Shown here: positions 36,743 through 52,051 of the stretch, piece by piece
Layout: every line of letters begins with the position of its first letter
Numbering within the stretch: the stretch's first letter is position 1
Assembly: GCA_964234715.1 (NCBI GenBank)
Contig: OZ174284.1
DNA from: Podarcis melisellensis
Taxonomy: Eukaryota
Reading direction: 5' to 3' (one strand)
DNA: 64,000 nucleotides
The notes under the pieces: generated by a model
Databases searched by the model: none
The model's input: only the letters and a program-made list of their open reading frames with translations
What the model was told of the DNA's origin: nothing
Program-made: the position numbers and the translations under genes

Positions 36743-39700
36743 TATATACCGTATATGTCAAGAGTTGAAAGGAAAGTACCAAATGCTTTAATGAATGTGA
36801 TTCCATCCAGTAGAAGGCGGCAGCACATACATACCCAAATCTGCAAGTTGTTGATTTTGCCAGCATAACAGCAACATCAGAGTATGAAGGATGAAGACAG
36901 CCCAGCTGCATGCAGCACACTGTGAACTAGACAACTATGCTCATAACTAACAGGTCAGAAATTAGGGCACATCTTTTAATTTGGGCAGAAGGTTCTAAGG
37001 AAGGGACACGGCTGGTTCTTGTGTTGTCAAGGGATCTAGAACTGCATGATTGAAATGGGGTGGCTACATTCACTGAAGATGGCATGCAGAGAACATTTCA
37101 GAGTGCTCAGAGCATGTATTTAATCCTAACAACAAAAGCAACAACCCTGTCCAACTGGTCTGTTTTAATCCAATACTGCAACTGGTGGGGGCTGAGGTCA
37201 ACAGATACCGATTTGCCTGAAGCCAGCTGATTAGTCTAATTACTGAGAGGCAGATCTATGGGAAACAAGTGCAGCACATCTGCCAAAATGTGCATCCCCA
37301 GTTGCACATGCAACAAGGATCACACCCTTGCATTCTGCACTGATCTGGAAAACTACCATTTCTTCATTCCTTATTTTTTAAAAAAGAACTTCTTATGGAT
37401 TAGAATTCATACTGCAACCTACATTAAGTGATCTTGAAAAATGGATCCTGAAGGCACTGTGGTTTTTTGTTTGTTCATTTCCATACTCTGTGAAGAAATA
37501 ACACCCTTTCACTCCAGTTTTGAATTCCTAAATACAAGCTACACCAGACCAGTTCTCTAAACTTCAACCAATCCCAGTTTCCATTACTCTTCGAAAACTA
37601 ACATGCCATACTGCATAATTTAAACCAGAAGATGAAGCAAAGCAATTAGAAACAAATTAGCTAGACTTCCCACACTGTCCCATTAGAAGCTTCACACCCT
37701 AACCAACCACACCTTACCCTATCTCCTTAGTGATGGGAGAAACCACCAGCTCCAGAAAACAAAGCCTGCTCCTGTTAGGTAGATGCTGTACCAACATTCC
37801 CCATTCAGAAGGAGATTATAAAACTTTTGTTAGCACAGCTAAGCTAAACAAATTGCTTTCCCATGAACGATGGCAGGGACTGAGCAATTTCTGTTTCCTG
37901 GGCAAAGAGTCTCAAGCAAGCAGCTCTCTACAGGACCAATGACCTGGATTCTGCAGCACTAACAGTTGATTAGGACCGGAGCTTCTGCCTTCAGGGGTGA
38001 GCTTCCATCTTCCAAGCGAACAGCGTTTGTGCACTGTTCAAGCACTTAAAAATAGCAACTGGGCAGCACGCTCCCCTCTCTGGTTGGACACCTGACTCCC
38101 ACTTGAGGCTGGAACTAGCATTTAGTAAAGCAATTTGCCTGAAGACACCAAGTATGTGGAAATGTCTCAAGCCAAAAAGGATACCAAGTTCAGTACGTGG
38201 ATCAAGTAAAGTCCTCCTAAGAAATCCGTTTTATCAAAAGGCAGTGACATTGGTGGCATGTGGATGCGATTGGCGGTGTCCTCCAAGGAAATGTAGCCTC
38301 TCAAGGAATGCCTCACCCACCACTTCCAGAGGCATCAGCAGTCATGTGCTCAAGGTTCGGCCACATTCCACAGCAGCCTTTCTCAACCCAAATGTTGGAC
38401 TACATCTCCCATCACCCTAGCTAGCGGCCCCAGTGGTCAGGTATGATGGGAGTTGTAGTCCAACGACATCTGGGGACTCAAGGCTGAAGAAGGTTGCTCC
38501 AGAGGCTGTGAAAGGAATTGGTGGAAGCGATCTGAGTGTTGTGGACTAAGAGTTTTAAAGCAACATCTGCTTCCTAGTAAGAATCCAATGTAAAATATGA
38601 TAGAGCTTTGCAACTTCCCTCTAGTCACTGCCCAGTTCAGTTTCCAGATGACCAAAGACCCTTGTCCCTCTTCAGGCCTGTGCAGAGGATGTGGGGCGCA
38701 GCTGGGTAGACTTGCCTTGAGCTTCGGAGGGCTAAGATGGCGGGGGGAGGGAACCATGGGCCTGTCAGACTTACACAGTCACGCCATGAATCTTCTCTTT
38801 AGTGGAGCTACAAAATGCCCTTTTAAGATCCATGTGCTTTCAGAATAAAAAACCTAGCTCTATACCAAGGGAAATACCAGTTAATTTGGCTTAAACTAGG
38901 GGTAGGCAACTGTGGTCCTGCAGGTGTAGCTGAACTACAACTTCCATGGCTTCTGACATTAGACATGTTGGCTGGGGCTGATGGGAGCCCAACAATACCT
39001 TGAGAGCTGATACCTGGAGGTCATCTGGTTCCTCAACCCTGCCTTAAAACCAACGTACTCTGTTCAAGTTGCAATATTTAGCACCTTTACGTGAAATTGA
39101 TAATGGAGAGAAACTGCATGAGTTGATGGAAGGAGATAAGAAGTCCGTTTAGAACAGAGCAAGGATAACTGAGGAAACCTAGGGAGACAAAGCAGAATTC
39201 TTGGGCAAACAACCCTTATCCCAAAGCCTCCCCTTTATACACATTCCCAGCACATTTTAAACATTTCTCGATAACCACGAGAGTTAGGAATTGCTTTCCC
39301 TTTTTAAAAAATAAATGGTGAGGGGGAAAGGAAAGCAAACTGCTGTACTGGATTCTGTTCTGAGCAAAGCAGGTCTCGCTTAAGGAAGGCTGCGCCAAAC
39401 CATTTTCAGAGCCAAAGTAAATAAGCTTCCACAGCTGCATTATGCCAAAAGTACCAGTCGTTCTTGCAGATGAGCCGATGATCCATGAATTGACATGGAC
39501 AAAACACAAACCCCTCCACCTCTCAAAATGCCTCACGGCAGCTAGAACAAACTATGTAGCACAGAGAGGCAGCTTCCAGCTTACACCATGTACCCCCCTA
39601 TCTTTAGTTCCTTCTTGAAAGTGAAAAAAGAAAAAGCGAATGCAATTCATTAACACCCACCGCTAGCCTGTCTCCAGGTTGGGCCACAGCTCAGCAACGC

Positions 39701-42700
39701 GTCAGTTGGAGCAGCAAAAGGCCGGCATGAACTGGCAGCATGCCACGCCAACATGCTTTGGTAGTTAGTGCAAATAGGAAAATCTGAGGGCTGGTCTTAA
39801 GTCCTCTGGATTAAATATTGGGAAGTCAAACACATCCTAAAAGAGGCACATTACATCAGAGGTAAGCAAAGTTCAGCACAAGGAACCAGGACTAGCGCTC
39901 CAACATGACAGCACCTGGAGAAGCTGAAGAATATCTGGTCCACATCGACAACATGGGCAAAGCCAGCGTAAGGGATTGAACGTAGCAGATATACACGTTT
40001 CCAGGGCCACAAATTCAAAAGATGTGATTAAGAGCAGCTTAAGAAGAAAAGTGGATGTAAAACTACAAGATTTTATTTGCTGGCGGTGCAATCATTTTGT
40101 AGGGGATTACTCTGTTGTCTAATCAGCACCGCATTTGGTTCAAGATGCCTGTGTTGCAGTGTGCCGGCTAGTTCTTTAAGCTTAGGGTGACATCTGTTAG
40201 AGACTAGTTCACGTCACATTTTTCAAGTGACTAACCTGCCTGCCCAAATGCCCATGGAAGACTAAGAAGAAAAAGCAATCAGCTACAGTGAACTCTAAAA
40301 AGATTTGAGTCGGCAGGTTTGTGAAAAAGAAATTCAAGACTATTAACAAGTTTATATGCTACACCTCTTGGGTATCAAGGAAAGGCAGGTATCAGTAAAC
40401 AAACTTAGAACACTGCCATTCCTTTAAAAAAATGTAAACATGCTGTAAAGTTGAAATATGTACTACTAACCGTTTGTGTGTAAAAATACATGGAAGAAGA
40501 CAGAGAAGACAAAGGAGACTTTCGTTCTTTTCCGCTCTTTGGAACTCCCTTCTATTCAGAGGTCTTTTGTGGCTCTCTACATTGCAAAGAACCCTACTCA
40601 AGCCGAGGAAAACCCACAGCACGGTAAGACAGTTACTGTTTTGCATACAAGAGATTCCAGGTTCAATCCTGGCAATTCCAACTAAAGGATCTCAAATACA
40701 TGGGAAAGAACTCTTCCTGAGACCATGACAAGCTGTTGCTAATTAGAGCAGAAAAAATTAAGTCAGATATGCCAGTAGTCTGTTTCGGTATAATGCGGGT
40801 TCAAATGCTCACAAATCAGGAAATTCTGCTTTTGAGCAGAGTTGCTTGGGCAGCGGCGGCAAAACACAAAGGCAACCTCCATAAGAGGTCCAGAGCATAG
40901 CAACACAAGTGGCAACTTCCTGCTTGTCAAGTGCTCTCCTCAAGGAAACTCGCCTGGCACCTTTGTTACATATTTTGAGGTGCCAGGCAAAGACAGTATG
41001 CCCTTCTAAACTGGGGTGTGTATGTGTGTGTTGTTTGTTACTATGTTATGTATTTTTGTGTTTTTGTACTATAAGCATTTCTGTGATCCTTGGATGAAGA
41101 GAACTGTAGAAATGTAATAAAGTAATATATATATATAAATAAATAAATACTAGCAGGAACCACTGAAGCAGTCCAGTGCCTAGAATGTATGTCCAGACAG
41201 CATGAGGCCTTCCCCATTTTATGGCAAGTTTCATCTTTTTCTACATGCCTCCCTTCCAAAGTGCAACACACACACACGATACGGAACACAAGAAGCTCCT
41301 TTTTCTCTCAAGAAGTCATAGAATCAGTATTGTAGATTTGAAGGGGACCCAAAGGATCATCTAGTCCAAGTCCCTATGATGCAGAAATCACAGAGCATCC
41401 TTAACAAAACCACCAATGAAAACCACCAATGAAGAAGAATCCACACCGCCTTCCAAGGTGGACTGCTCCACTGTCAAAAAGCTCTTGCCATTGAAAATTT
41501 CTTCCTAACGTTTTCCTAATCTTCCCCATCATCTGCTACCTGATCTTTTTAACTCAAGGGTGGGAAACCTTGATGCCCTCGTTGGGAGTCCAACAACAGG
41601 GCCACAGGTTCCCAAGCCCTGTTTTACCTAGTTATGCCAGGAATGCAAAACACACCCTGTCACCAAGCACAGGCTATCACTTAGAATGAGAAATTAAGCA
41701 TGGAATGAGTCTGTGTAAGAGATGTGACTTCCTGCACTCAAGTAACCTTCCAGACCATTAGACTGAAGGGGTTGTTACTAGGCTCAACAGCGAAAGAATC
41801 ATCAGCCATAACAGGGAGTCCACCCATAATTTAGAAAGCAGTTCCTGGTAGAAGAACCAGAGCAAACAGTAATTCAGCAATCAAGCAAAAAACAAAACAA
41901 AACACTTCAGTGCTTTAAATAGTTCAAAACCAGATTGTGCTGTAGTGTAATTCCCTACTTCTTAGTGTGAAACATACCCAAGGGCAAAGGTTTGTTATGC
42001 TGTGGGCAGTATAACACAGAAGTGAAATGTTTCATCTGTACGCCGAGGTCCCTGCATGCTGTACAGCTGATGACTGATTATGTAGAGGCCTGAAGAAAAA
42101 AGAAGGAGGGATTCAAGAAAATAGGCAATTCTTCTCTCCCAAATGTATACCAGGCTGCAAGTCATTCATGGAGCCACTACCTAGTGTCAGTTCTTTGGCA
42201 ATGAACTCATGGCAAGACCCCTTTCGCCCCATTAAGTGTGGGGCATGCAAATGATGAATTCCATCATGTTATTTCTTACCACCTTGGCTGTTCTGTGCAA
42301 AGTGGTGGAGCACAAAGGGCCAGTGACACCTTAGTTGCTCTTGGGGTCTTTGTTAATGTGCGACGGCGGGGGCCGGGGGGGGGGTGGGAATTGGCAAAAG
42401 GGAAGCACCAAGTTTCAGATCCAAAGTCAAAGAGGCAAGTCTTGTTTTATTTATTTGCAGAAACACTCTAATTTATTTCTGTACGTAATAGATTGTGAGT
42501 GCTTTAAAAATAGGACCATTACAAGACCAATAAAGGCTGGGTATATTTTGTTCCATTGTTTCAAGCACTTGCTCCCATCATCTTTACAAGCGATCTTCAC
42601 AAGTAATCAAATGGGGAGGAGGTTCCATTCCTTTTTTAAAAAGCTAAGTAAAAGCAATCTATGTAATGTGCCTTTTAATAACAATAGAATCAGAGTTGAT

Positions 42701-43963
42701 TATACAACAGAAATGGAATGGAAACATATAGATGTTACTGATCTTATAGCAACAAATATTAAAAGATCACCTGAAAGCAAGCTGGTGTCAAGCTTATTGC
42801 TCTGCTTTCCTTTGGACCACATCAGCGAGGCCGAAAGGGGGGTCATTGTCTGGGCAGTCCAGGACCCCAACACACACTCCCCAGGCTTGTGCCCCACTTT
42901 AGTGCTGCTAATGCAGCAGTTTGACTTCACCCTTGGAGGTGCACTCCATTGCCTCTCGAGTCAGATGAATGCCACCAATAGCAAACTTGAAAACATTAGC
43001 CATAACCAGAAACTGACAACTCTTTAGCGCCATTTGAAGTTCACCTCTGTTTTTCAGGCTGAGCAAGTGCCCTCTTGGGAATCAGGTCTGCTGTATTGAT
43101 CACTTGCAATGAAATGAACGAACAGTAAAATCTCTGAGAATGGACCATGCACTGTCCATTTAAGCACAATTTAGCCTCTAGACTCTACCTTTCCCCCTTT
43201 CCTACCAGGGAGCTGTAAAGAACTCTATTAATAAACTAGTTATGCTACACATACCTGCAAGGAGACAAACTTTAGTAATTAAAAGTTTTCAACACACACC
43301 TCCACATTTCAAATGAGAAGAGAATTTCTAAAAACACATTAAGATAGACTGCCCGATGGGACTTAATAACAAAATACTGATTTGGGGAATTCTGGACAGT
43401 AAAGGAACACAAAAAGTAATTGTGCAGAAGTTTGTATTAACCTCTTTATTCAAGTTATGTGTATGCCAATGGAACTACTTCACTGAGAAAGGGAACTGCC
43501 TGTACTAAAATGAAATCCAAGCAAAAACACACTTTAAAAAATCTAAGCAGCAGCAGAAGCAGACTAATGCAGCTTCCCCTCTGGAAAGTATAAACATCTA
43601 TGGTGCTTTTTGGTTGATAAGAAGTAAACAGCTGTAAACAACTCCCTTTCTCCACCTCCTTACAATGTTCTTCCATTGAACTGATCTGTTGCAAAGACTT
43701 TCTAAAGTTACTGCACTTACTGCAAAATTGTAAACCCCTTAACTGCTACACCAATAAATACCAGGCCATATAGCAACCTGCTGCGCAAAGAAAACTGATA
43801 CAAATGGGAACAGGTGAGTAGATCAAGTTTCATCTGCCTCAGTCACTGACACTAGGTTACTGAAGTATCTCAATCAGTCCCTGATCAGCTTCCACACTTG
43901 CTTTAGCAGGTCTGGCACCAGCACCAGATACCCTCAAGGCCCCTGCACAGCCTACCACTAACA

Positions 43964-44425
43964 CTGGTGACTGGGAGCAGCTGCCGAGACCACATAACAC
44001 TGCTCTTGCAAGACCGACATTGGCTCCCAGTATGTTTTCGAGCACAATTCAAAGTGCTGGTGCTGACCTTTAAAGCCCTAAAAGGCCTTGGGCCCAGTAT
44101 ACTAGAAGGAGCATCTCCACCCCCATCATTCAGCCCAGACACTGAGGACCAGCGCCAAGGGCCTTCTGGCGGTTCCCTCACTGCGAGAAGTGAGGTTACA
44201 GGGAACCAGGCAGAGGGCCTTCTCGGTAGTGGCGCCTGCCCTGTGGAACACCCTCCCACCAGATGTCAAAGAGATAAACAACTACCTGACCTTCAGAAGA
44301 CATCTGAAGGCAGCCTTGTTTAGGGAAGTTTTTAATGTGTGACATTTTAATGTATTTTAATCTTTGTTGGAAGCTGCCCAGAGTGGCTGGGGAAACCCAG
44401 CCAGAAGGGCAGGGTACAAAGAATA
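43964..44425 (+). mobile_element. L2/CR1-group LINE 3' fragment
   Basis: DHITLLLQDRHWLPVCFRAQFKVLVLTFKAL motif of an ORF2 C-terminus; 3' UTR ends in an (AAT)n tail. Confidence 0.85.

Positions 44426-44427
<2 letters not shown>

Positions 44428-44505
<78 letters not shown>
44428..44505. repeat. (TAA)n(TTA)n perfect 78-bp palindrome
   Basis: Direct reading; centre between 44466 and 44467. Confidence 0.95.
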
Positions 44506-44507
<2 letters not shown>

Positions 44508-47500
44508 TACCTGCATGCCCTAAGCTCTCCTTTTTAAATAAAAATTAAAAAAACAGGTGCTCCAATGTAATGAGTACCCTTCTGGGCCTGGGGGAGGTGC
44601 CATGTTTAACCCTGGAGTGATGCTATATCATGGGCATTTTGGGAATTAAGAAAGATATTCCCCCTAAAAAATCATCTTGGTGTTACTTGGTACCGCCATC
44701 ACCCAGAAAACCTGCCAGAGCATCTCAGCATGAAACGTAAGTTGTGAATTTATCTGTGGCTATATCTTAATTGCTTCTCGTGCCATTTGATTCTTGTAGC
44801 ATGGCATATATATTTACTGTTTTTATTATTTTAATGTGTGCCACCATGGGAATTTTTACTGAAGAGTAGTATAGCCTTTTTCTACACAAATAAACAAATG
44901 GTGGGCAGCTGCTGGAACATGTGGAAATGCTTACACCAATCTGTAAAACAATTATAAATAGGTTCAGTTGGTTATAAATGGAGGTTTATAAAGGGAGTAT
45001 TTTGAAGTACATTTGTTACAAAGACTGAACTGAAATCCTCAGGGGAAATAACCAAAACTACAGGAACCCAACCTGAAGCACTTAGGAACAGAACTTTGTT
45101 TTGTAAACTAGTTTGAGGTGTTTGGTTTTAAAAAAAAAACCCCAACAACTATCAAGTAGTATGAACGTTTTATGAAACAGACAAATAAGAAAGGAGGAAA
45201 TATTCATACAAGAACAAATAGTAAATTACAAATTAAACATGTTCACAGAGCATTTCATGTTTTGGGAGGAATAAAGTAAAAACTAGTTTTGCAACTTTAT
45301 CAGCAGCAACCAATAGTTTCTTTCAGTAATTATTGATCAAGACTGGATATGAATTAGTGCCTCAGAAATTAGGTTTGTTCTGCAAAAGCAGAGCCTGAAC
45401 CACACAATGTAATCATGCAAGAGTAGCAACTATTAAAAAACTAAAGTACAATCATCTTTATTTTTCAAAGAACATCCCATATTCTGCTTTCAAATGATCT
45501 GTGCATCCTGCATAATAGCAAGCAGCTTTACAGTCAAAGGTCTACATAAAGTTTTAAAACAGGACAACAAATCAGTCAGGATAGTAGAGAAAAATAAGAT
45601 TTAAAAGTAATTTATGAAGCATGCCAGGGGGTCGAGGGGGAGAACACATTGGCTTTCACAAATAAAGGTAAATAGAACAAACACTCCCCTAGAAAGACCA
45701 AGCATCACCATACATAGATAGCATGCTTTCAGTTCAATTACATGTTTACTAGTCTTGTGCAGAAAACTATAGTGGAATTATGATGCCAATATGCATGCCA
45801 AAAAGTCTGCTGCAGTGATGTTGATGTCCACGTAGTTATGCTGGTGCCTAAATCAACTAAAGAAAAAATGGAAGAACTTGGGTTTAAAAAAAAAAAAGAA
45901 GAGGATGAGGACGAGGACGAGGACAAGTTCCTAAGTAAAATAATGTCATGGTGGTTGTAAGCATCCTCAAATCAAACCTACAGAATCAGAAACAACTGCA
46001 TAGGTCAGTAACTGAAGTGCTGCCTGACTTCAAAGTTGCTCAGTTAGTTGCCCCTCAAAATCTGGAGAAAGTGTTTGTGCAGAACTGGTCACCAGGCCAC
46101 TTTATAATCAAATATCACACCCTTCCCACAGTGGACCTTCCAAGAAAATTAAGCAATAAATTGTGCCTTGATTGACTACTACAGTAAGCAAGTGTTAGGG
46201 AACGTTTGTTTCTATGATGTCTCCATATTAACAGGTCTAGACTGGATAGAGTCACCGCTGATAAGGTATTGGTTAAAAAAAAAGGTCACTGATTAGAACC
46301 AAAGCACAATATATTGCTTAAAGATCTTTTCTACTGAAAGGACCGCCAAGCTTGGACACAAGGAATATCCATGTGGAGAGCTGATTTCATGAACCCATCC
46401 TACACATCAGCATGATGTGGCCACTATGTGAAATAAGTTTTCAGAAGTCTTCACAAGGGAGCAGTAATGTCAAGTCCAAAAGGAGAGAGGAAAAACAGGC
46501 AAAGAAGAACACAGCAAAACGTTTTGTGAACATTGCCAACTTAAAAGCAGGTCTTCTTTCCTAAATGCAGAGACTTTCAATTGCAGTTGGCAATTTACAT
46601 CTAATCTGCTCTGAGTTTCTACAGCCAGCTCCTGTTTTCTTTTCAGCTTCCGATGAGGGAGTTAGCAAGCTCTCTCCCTCGTCCAGACCAACCAAGCATA
46701 ATTGAAGCCTGCTCTAAAAGATATGCAATGTCAGATTACTGAATAAAACAAAGGAAATATTTAGGTCATGCATCATTTCTTTTGCATGAGGAAATCTTGA
46801 AGCGACAAGAGGAAAACCCTGGCTTGTATCCAGAGTTTGTGCCAATTTTGGAAGCTTTTAACTTAAATAGGAAAAGGTAGGATGAGCTCACAAACAAGCG
46901 CGCGCGCACACACACACCAAAAATTGAAGATTCATAGGCTAGAAATAGACAATGAAGATATACTATAAATGTATTTATAAATACCAGTCATGGGTAGTAA
47001 GACTAGGCCTCTCAGGCGGAAAATATTGTAAAATATATAAATTATAATACAACTTTATTACAAAAGTCCCACTAACTGCAGTTCTGAATTCCAACTGCTG
47101 TAAATAGCACAAATTAATGGAAAGCAGACCAGCTACCTGTTTCATGAAGATTTAAAGGCATGATGTGGGGGTTCTGTGAACACGGATCTCCAGTGTTAGT
47201 TCTTTTTCAATTATTAATAGCAGTCTTGGGGAGTGGAGATTTGGTTTGGGACCTTTGACCTTTGTCATTTTCTCAGATTAAAATTGCCCCCCTGCCCCCC
47301 TCTTGGCCCTACAAGGCAAAACATACCAGCCCCCGTGTGAAGTTCTATTTAGTGATAAGTACAAACAGTTCTTGAAAATGGAAAAAAGGAACCTGATGTT
47401 GATATTGAATATTCAGAGCACTTACTTCCCTACTAGGTTTATATGGTTGTTCTGTCTTTTAAAAGCAACACACAGCATGCTCACATCTCTGAATTAGCTT

Positions 47501-50361
47501 AATTTAGCCAGATTTATATTTATATAAATTATATATTTACGTTTACGAGTTTACTACACAGAAACACCCACTTTGTTACACTTGCCAAATGCTGTAAATT
47601 AAAAAATAAATGAATCTAAAAGCAGACCTGGGTGGGACTGAAATCTAAACAGGAGTGTTGGATTCAGGTGCCCCCCAACTCAATCCCTGTTTTGCCATTG
47701 TAACTGAGACTTCTGGGTGGGGAATTCTTCTCTCAGAACAGGAACCCACAGGGGAACAGAAGGAATCACACAAACCTTTTTCGACCCTTCCTCCTGGCCT
47801 TCGCTATTATTACAATTGAGTTACAACAATTAAAACAGCTTACCATCGCAGAAATAAAGCATGTCCAAAAAACATACATCTCAGGCATTGGAAGAGGTTT
47901 GTGTGTGTGTTCAGCAATCCCGCAAAGATGTATAACGAAGATGCTGCCAGACACACCTCTGTGAGGAAGGAGTTCAAAAACTTAGGGGCTGATACAGATA
48001 ATGTGTTGTCCTGCCGCCGCCCCAAGCTTCTCAGAACAATGGAACAATCAACAAGGGTCAAAGAGAATTACCCAAACCAAGAATACAGCTCACAGTAAAT
48101 TGGAGTTTCAGCAAGAGTTAAGAGTTTCATGTACTTAGTGGATTAATTCTTGCAGCCCTTTAAGAACTGACTATCCTAATTATGGGTGAATCTGTCCATT
48201 TTTATTCATCTCCATTTCCCTTTCTTCCAATGTTAAGTTTGCTTTTCTACATCATTTTCTTCTTAAGTCCTCATGGACATTTTTAGTGTCAATTTCTTCT
48301 AATATACATATTTGAACACTTTTTTTGCCTTATATACATTTTCACAAAACATTTTCCCTAATGCTACTTTCACCAATATATGCCATTTGAAGATGATTTT
48401 ACTCTAGTTAAGTTCACCTTTGTACACATGGCTGAAGAATGGCATTGCAAAATTCAGACATGCGCAAATTTCATCAGCCCCAACTGCAACAAAACATGTC
48501 TCTCCTGCATCCGTCTCTACAGTCACAGTAGTGTTCGCCTGCAAAAGTGCATTCCTCCATTGTCTCCCGAGACAGATAAATGCCAACAGTTGCATTTCAG
48601 TTCACATATTGATTTAGGCAGTGCAAATTAAGCGCGTCTCTAAATGAGATATCAACTAAATTGCTCCCCCCAATCCCTATTCTTTGGTAAGATGGAAAGC
48701 AACTAATCAAAGCATGAAGAAGTATAGAAATGACATTAATACCATTCTCGATTCTAAATAATGGGCCTTTGAGTTGGAAAGAATTAGTCTTATCTCTGCC
48801 TAAGAAGAGTCAAAGCTCACCACTCTCAAGTCAAAAGAGGGAGCTGGAGAATGCAAATAAACAGTGTGCCCTGCCTCCTTAATGACCCTTGGACAATAGC
48901 CATAAAGGGCTGATCAGGGCATCAGTGACATCATTTTCCAGAGAGGGGGAATAAGCAGACAACAATACACAGCCCTGTTACGGGTGGGCTGGGGGATAGG
49001 GCTGTACTTCCTGCCAAGAATTCTCCCCTCCCACTTACAAGCCCCTACTACCAAAGATAAATATAGAAGGAGTCATTTCTGTCCAAGCCAACTGTGGTCC
49101 TGGGCAAAGCAATGGGGAGTGAGAACTGATGTGTTTGCTTACTATGTCGTTTCCAGTTTGGCCTCTAAATGCATCTATTAGATTAGGGTGGGGAGGGGAA
49201 TGCTGTTAAAGAGAACTAACTGAACTCTTATATACAGACAGCAGATTTCAGACCATGCGGTTTTACTGCAAAAGGCTGCTTTACCACCTACTGTGATGGA
49301 ATGGAAATGGGGGGGGGTGTCAGCTTAGCTACCGAAACAGCTGTTGGGAAGTCAGTTTTAGCTGTATACTTCTGGCAAAGGGCATAAAAAGCCATGCTGC
49401 ATCATTACGAGAACCCAAACTTAAGGGTAAATATTCCAGTCACTACCTCTTCCTTGAAAAAATAGTCCTTTTGCTTCCAGCTCTCTCACTGTACCTTAAG
49501 CCGGGTACCTGCTTTGGGTACCCCCAGCACTAGAATTCAATAGCTACTTATAGATGCACAGTTGTGGCACTGTCTGTTACTTGTATTTGTTATTTATTAT
49601 CTTAATTTAGGAATCACCTTTCACGTGAGCCTCAAGGTGATTTACAAACATACACTAAAAACACTAAAAACTTTTTTTTAATAGTACAAAATCTAATTAT
49701 AGGTTTTAAAACAATACAAAAATAAACACCTAAGGCAGAGACCTTTCCACACAGCTGGAAAAGCTTGAAAAAACAAAAATGTCTTCAATTGTTTCCACAA
49801 AGTACAGAGGGTGGATGCCTGTCTTATCTTAACAGAGATACTGTTCTACAAATCTGGTCGTATAATTCCTTGCCCAGGGAGGCTTCTGTGTTAAGAACTT
49901 CCTATTAAGAAATACTTTGTTGGGCTGTGATAACGTTCCCAACAGGTTTTGGGAGGCAAACTAGGGATGGGCAATCCTTCCTCTATGGAGTCCTGCATGC
50001 CCTCATGAGTAATCTGTCATGATCTGCATGCTAGTAGTGAGCAGAGTCAATGGTGAGCGGAGTCAGAGACAAAACCGATCTGGGTTGACTAATCTGGAAT
50101 AAAGATCACCCCCTGTTTCAATTTTCATCACAGCTGCCCCAGAGCAGAACTCTCAATCCTATGAAGTTCAACTCACAAGTAATCTCAACTGTGCTTGATA
50201 GGATTACTCTCACATAAGTATACAGAGGGTTTAAATTTTTATTTTTAGTGCAGGAGAGCAACCCAGTTACTGTTCTGGAAAGTAAGTGAAAGTAATTTCT
50301 GATTTTAGAGAGCAAGACATACATGCACATGACAGACAGAGAGTGTGTAAAAGTCTTATTG

Positions 50362-50535
50362 CAGGCATGTCCAAAGTCCATTTCAAGGTCCAATCTGGCC
50401 CCTGTGGCAGTTTATTTCCTGGGGTAAAATCCTAAAAAAATGTCAACAACTTCAAGCCAAAAAACGTCAACAACTTTGGTCGGCCCTTCACTTCATCAAA
50501 TCTGGCCCTCTTTGAAAAAAGTCTGGACACCCCTG
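50362..50535. mobile_element. hAT-type MITE
   Basis: TIRs caggcatgtccaaa / tctggacacccctg; perfect 8-bp TSD tcttattg. Confidence 0.85.
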
Positions 50536-52002
50536 TCTTATTGGTTTGTTCTCAGATCAAGCCATACAACTAGAAGTTTTTTAAATTTTTATTTTTATCA
50601 AATAAAATACTTTCCCCTCACAATTGTTTAGAACCTAGGTAGAAAGAGGAAAACAAACCTTTAAAAAACAAAGGAGGGGGGACAGAGAGGAAGGAACTCT
50701 AACAGGATGGAAGTATGAGAGAGCTTCAGGAGGAACGGAAGGCCACAATAAAATGCCATTAGAGGCTGCATAGGACCTCTGGCCTGACTCTTGTTGGGTA
50801 TCTATTTCATCATTTCACTGTATAAACAGAAGCTGTATTTTAATAAACTGCAAGTCACTATGAGGGGTGAGCAAAATATACATTTCAGAGACATCAGCAG
50901 TTGGATGTCTAATTGTACACACCACAAACTACCTGCATCATTCCAAGTCAGATGCTAGTGAGTAGATAAAAACACTTAATAGTTGCACACTAAATAAATC
51001 TGCTGCATGGACATGAATTCTCGCAGTGTCTGCAAAAGCCGAAAGCTATATTCCAGAAATGGGGCATTTTTCTACAGCATGGGCCTTTTTTATATAAAAA
51101 CTTTGATTAAATGGAAGCAGGGCCTTCAGTTTTGTTCAAAACTAAATTTTGAATCCGTAAGACTTTGGCTTCAGATCTATACTTGTTAAGCTACAGGCTT
51201 TATTCAATACAAAGGAGGTTTAAATCATTATCAGACTCATGGGATTTGATCTTTAGATAAAATGCAGCAAGTTCTTTCGCCCAAAGAGCTATAATTCAAT
51301 ACCATTCATCTTACAGACAGATGGATCTCAGTATGATGTGTGCAAGTAGATTGTCAGGTTTTTTTGGCCTCAAGGACATTTCAGACATTTTGATATGCAA
51401 AATTCAGAAGGGCAAGCAACTCAACCTTTGTCATCTCTTTGTTTAAAGTAACACAAACCAGGGGAAATAAATGTTCTGCATATTAAAATTAAAAACATGA
51501 GGATTCAGAGACTTATTTATTGTATTCTTCTTCATATAAACTAAAGTAGCATAGTGGCTAATGAAAGTAAGCTGTGAACCAGTACTGGCGATGGGTGAAT
51601 GATACAATTGGAATTGGTGCGGTAAATATGAGTACTCCCAGCAAGCTTTTGAAACTCACTAATGACAGCCCAAGGTGTGTTCAAAAGGCAGAAGTAAACA
51701 AAAGGCTCTGGATAACTAAGTCCTAGAAGGCCTCCTGAATTAACAAGATGGCCTGTGGATGAGAGTCTGATTCTGTGCTTTCTTTGACTGGTTTTTCTTT
51801 GTTATTATTTGCAGTTTGGATACTGTTATGTCTCTAAGAACATAAAAATGTAAGAGGAGCCTGTTGGATCAGGCCAATGGCCCATCTAGTCCAGCATCCT
51901 GGTCAACATCTACACTGAGCTATTCACTAGGATGCCAAGGTCTCGTTCTTGGTCAGTCATGAACTACATTTTCTGCTTATATATCAGGAGCATCATATTA
52001 TC

Positions 52003-52051
52003 ATCTATATCTATCTATCTATCTATCTATCTATCATCTATCTATCTATCT
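52003..52051. repeat. (TATC)n microsatellite
   Basis: Direct reading. Confidence 0.9.

Noticed and set aside
42335-43027. Longest ORF in the track (230 aa, + strand)
   Set aside because: Non-ATG start, no recognisable domain, no exon signals; consistent with a chance intronic ORF
44196-44516. ORF with poly-Asn/poly-Tyr
   Set aside because: Translation of the (TAA)n(TTA)n repeat and antisense LINE sequence
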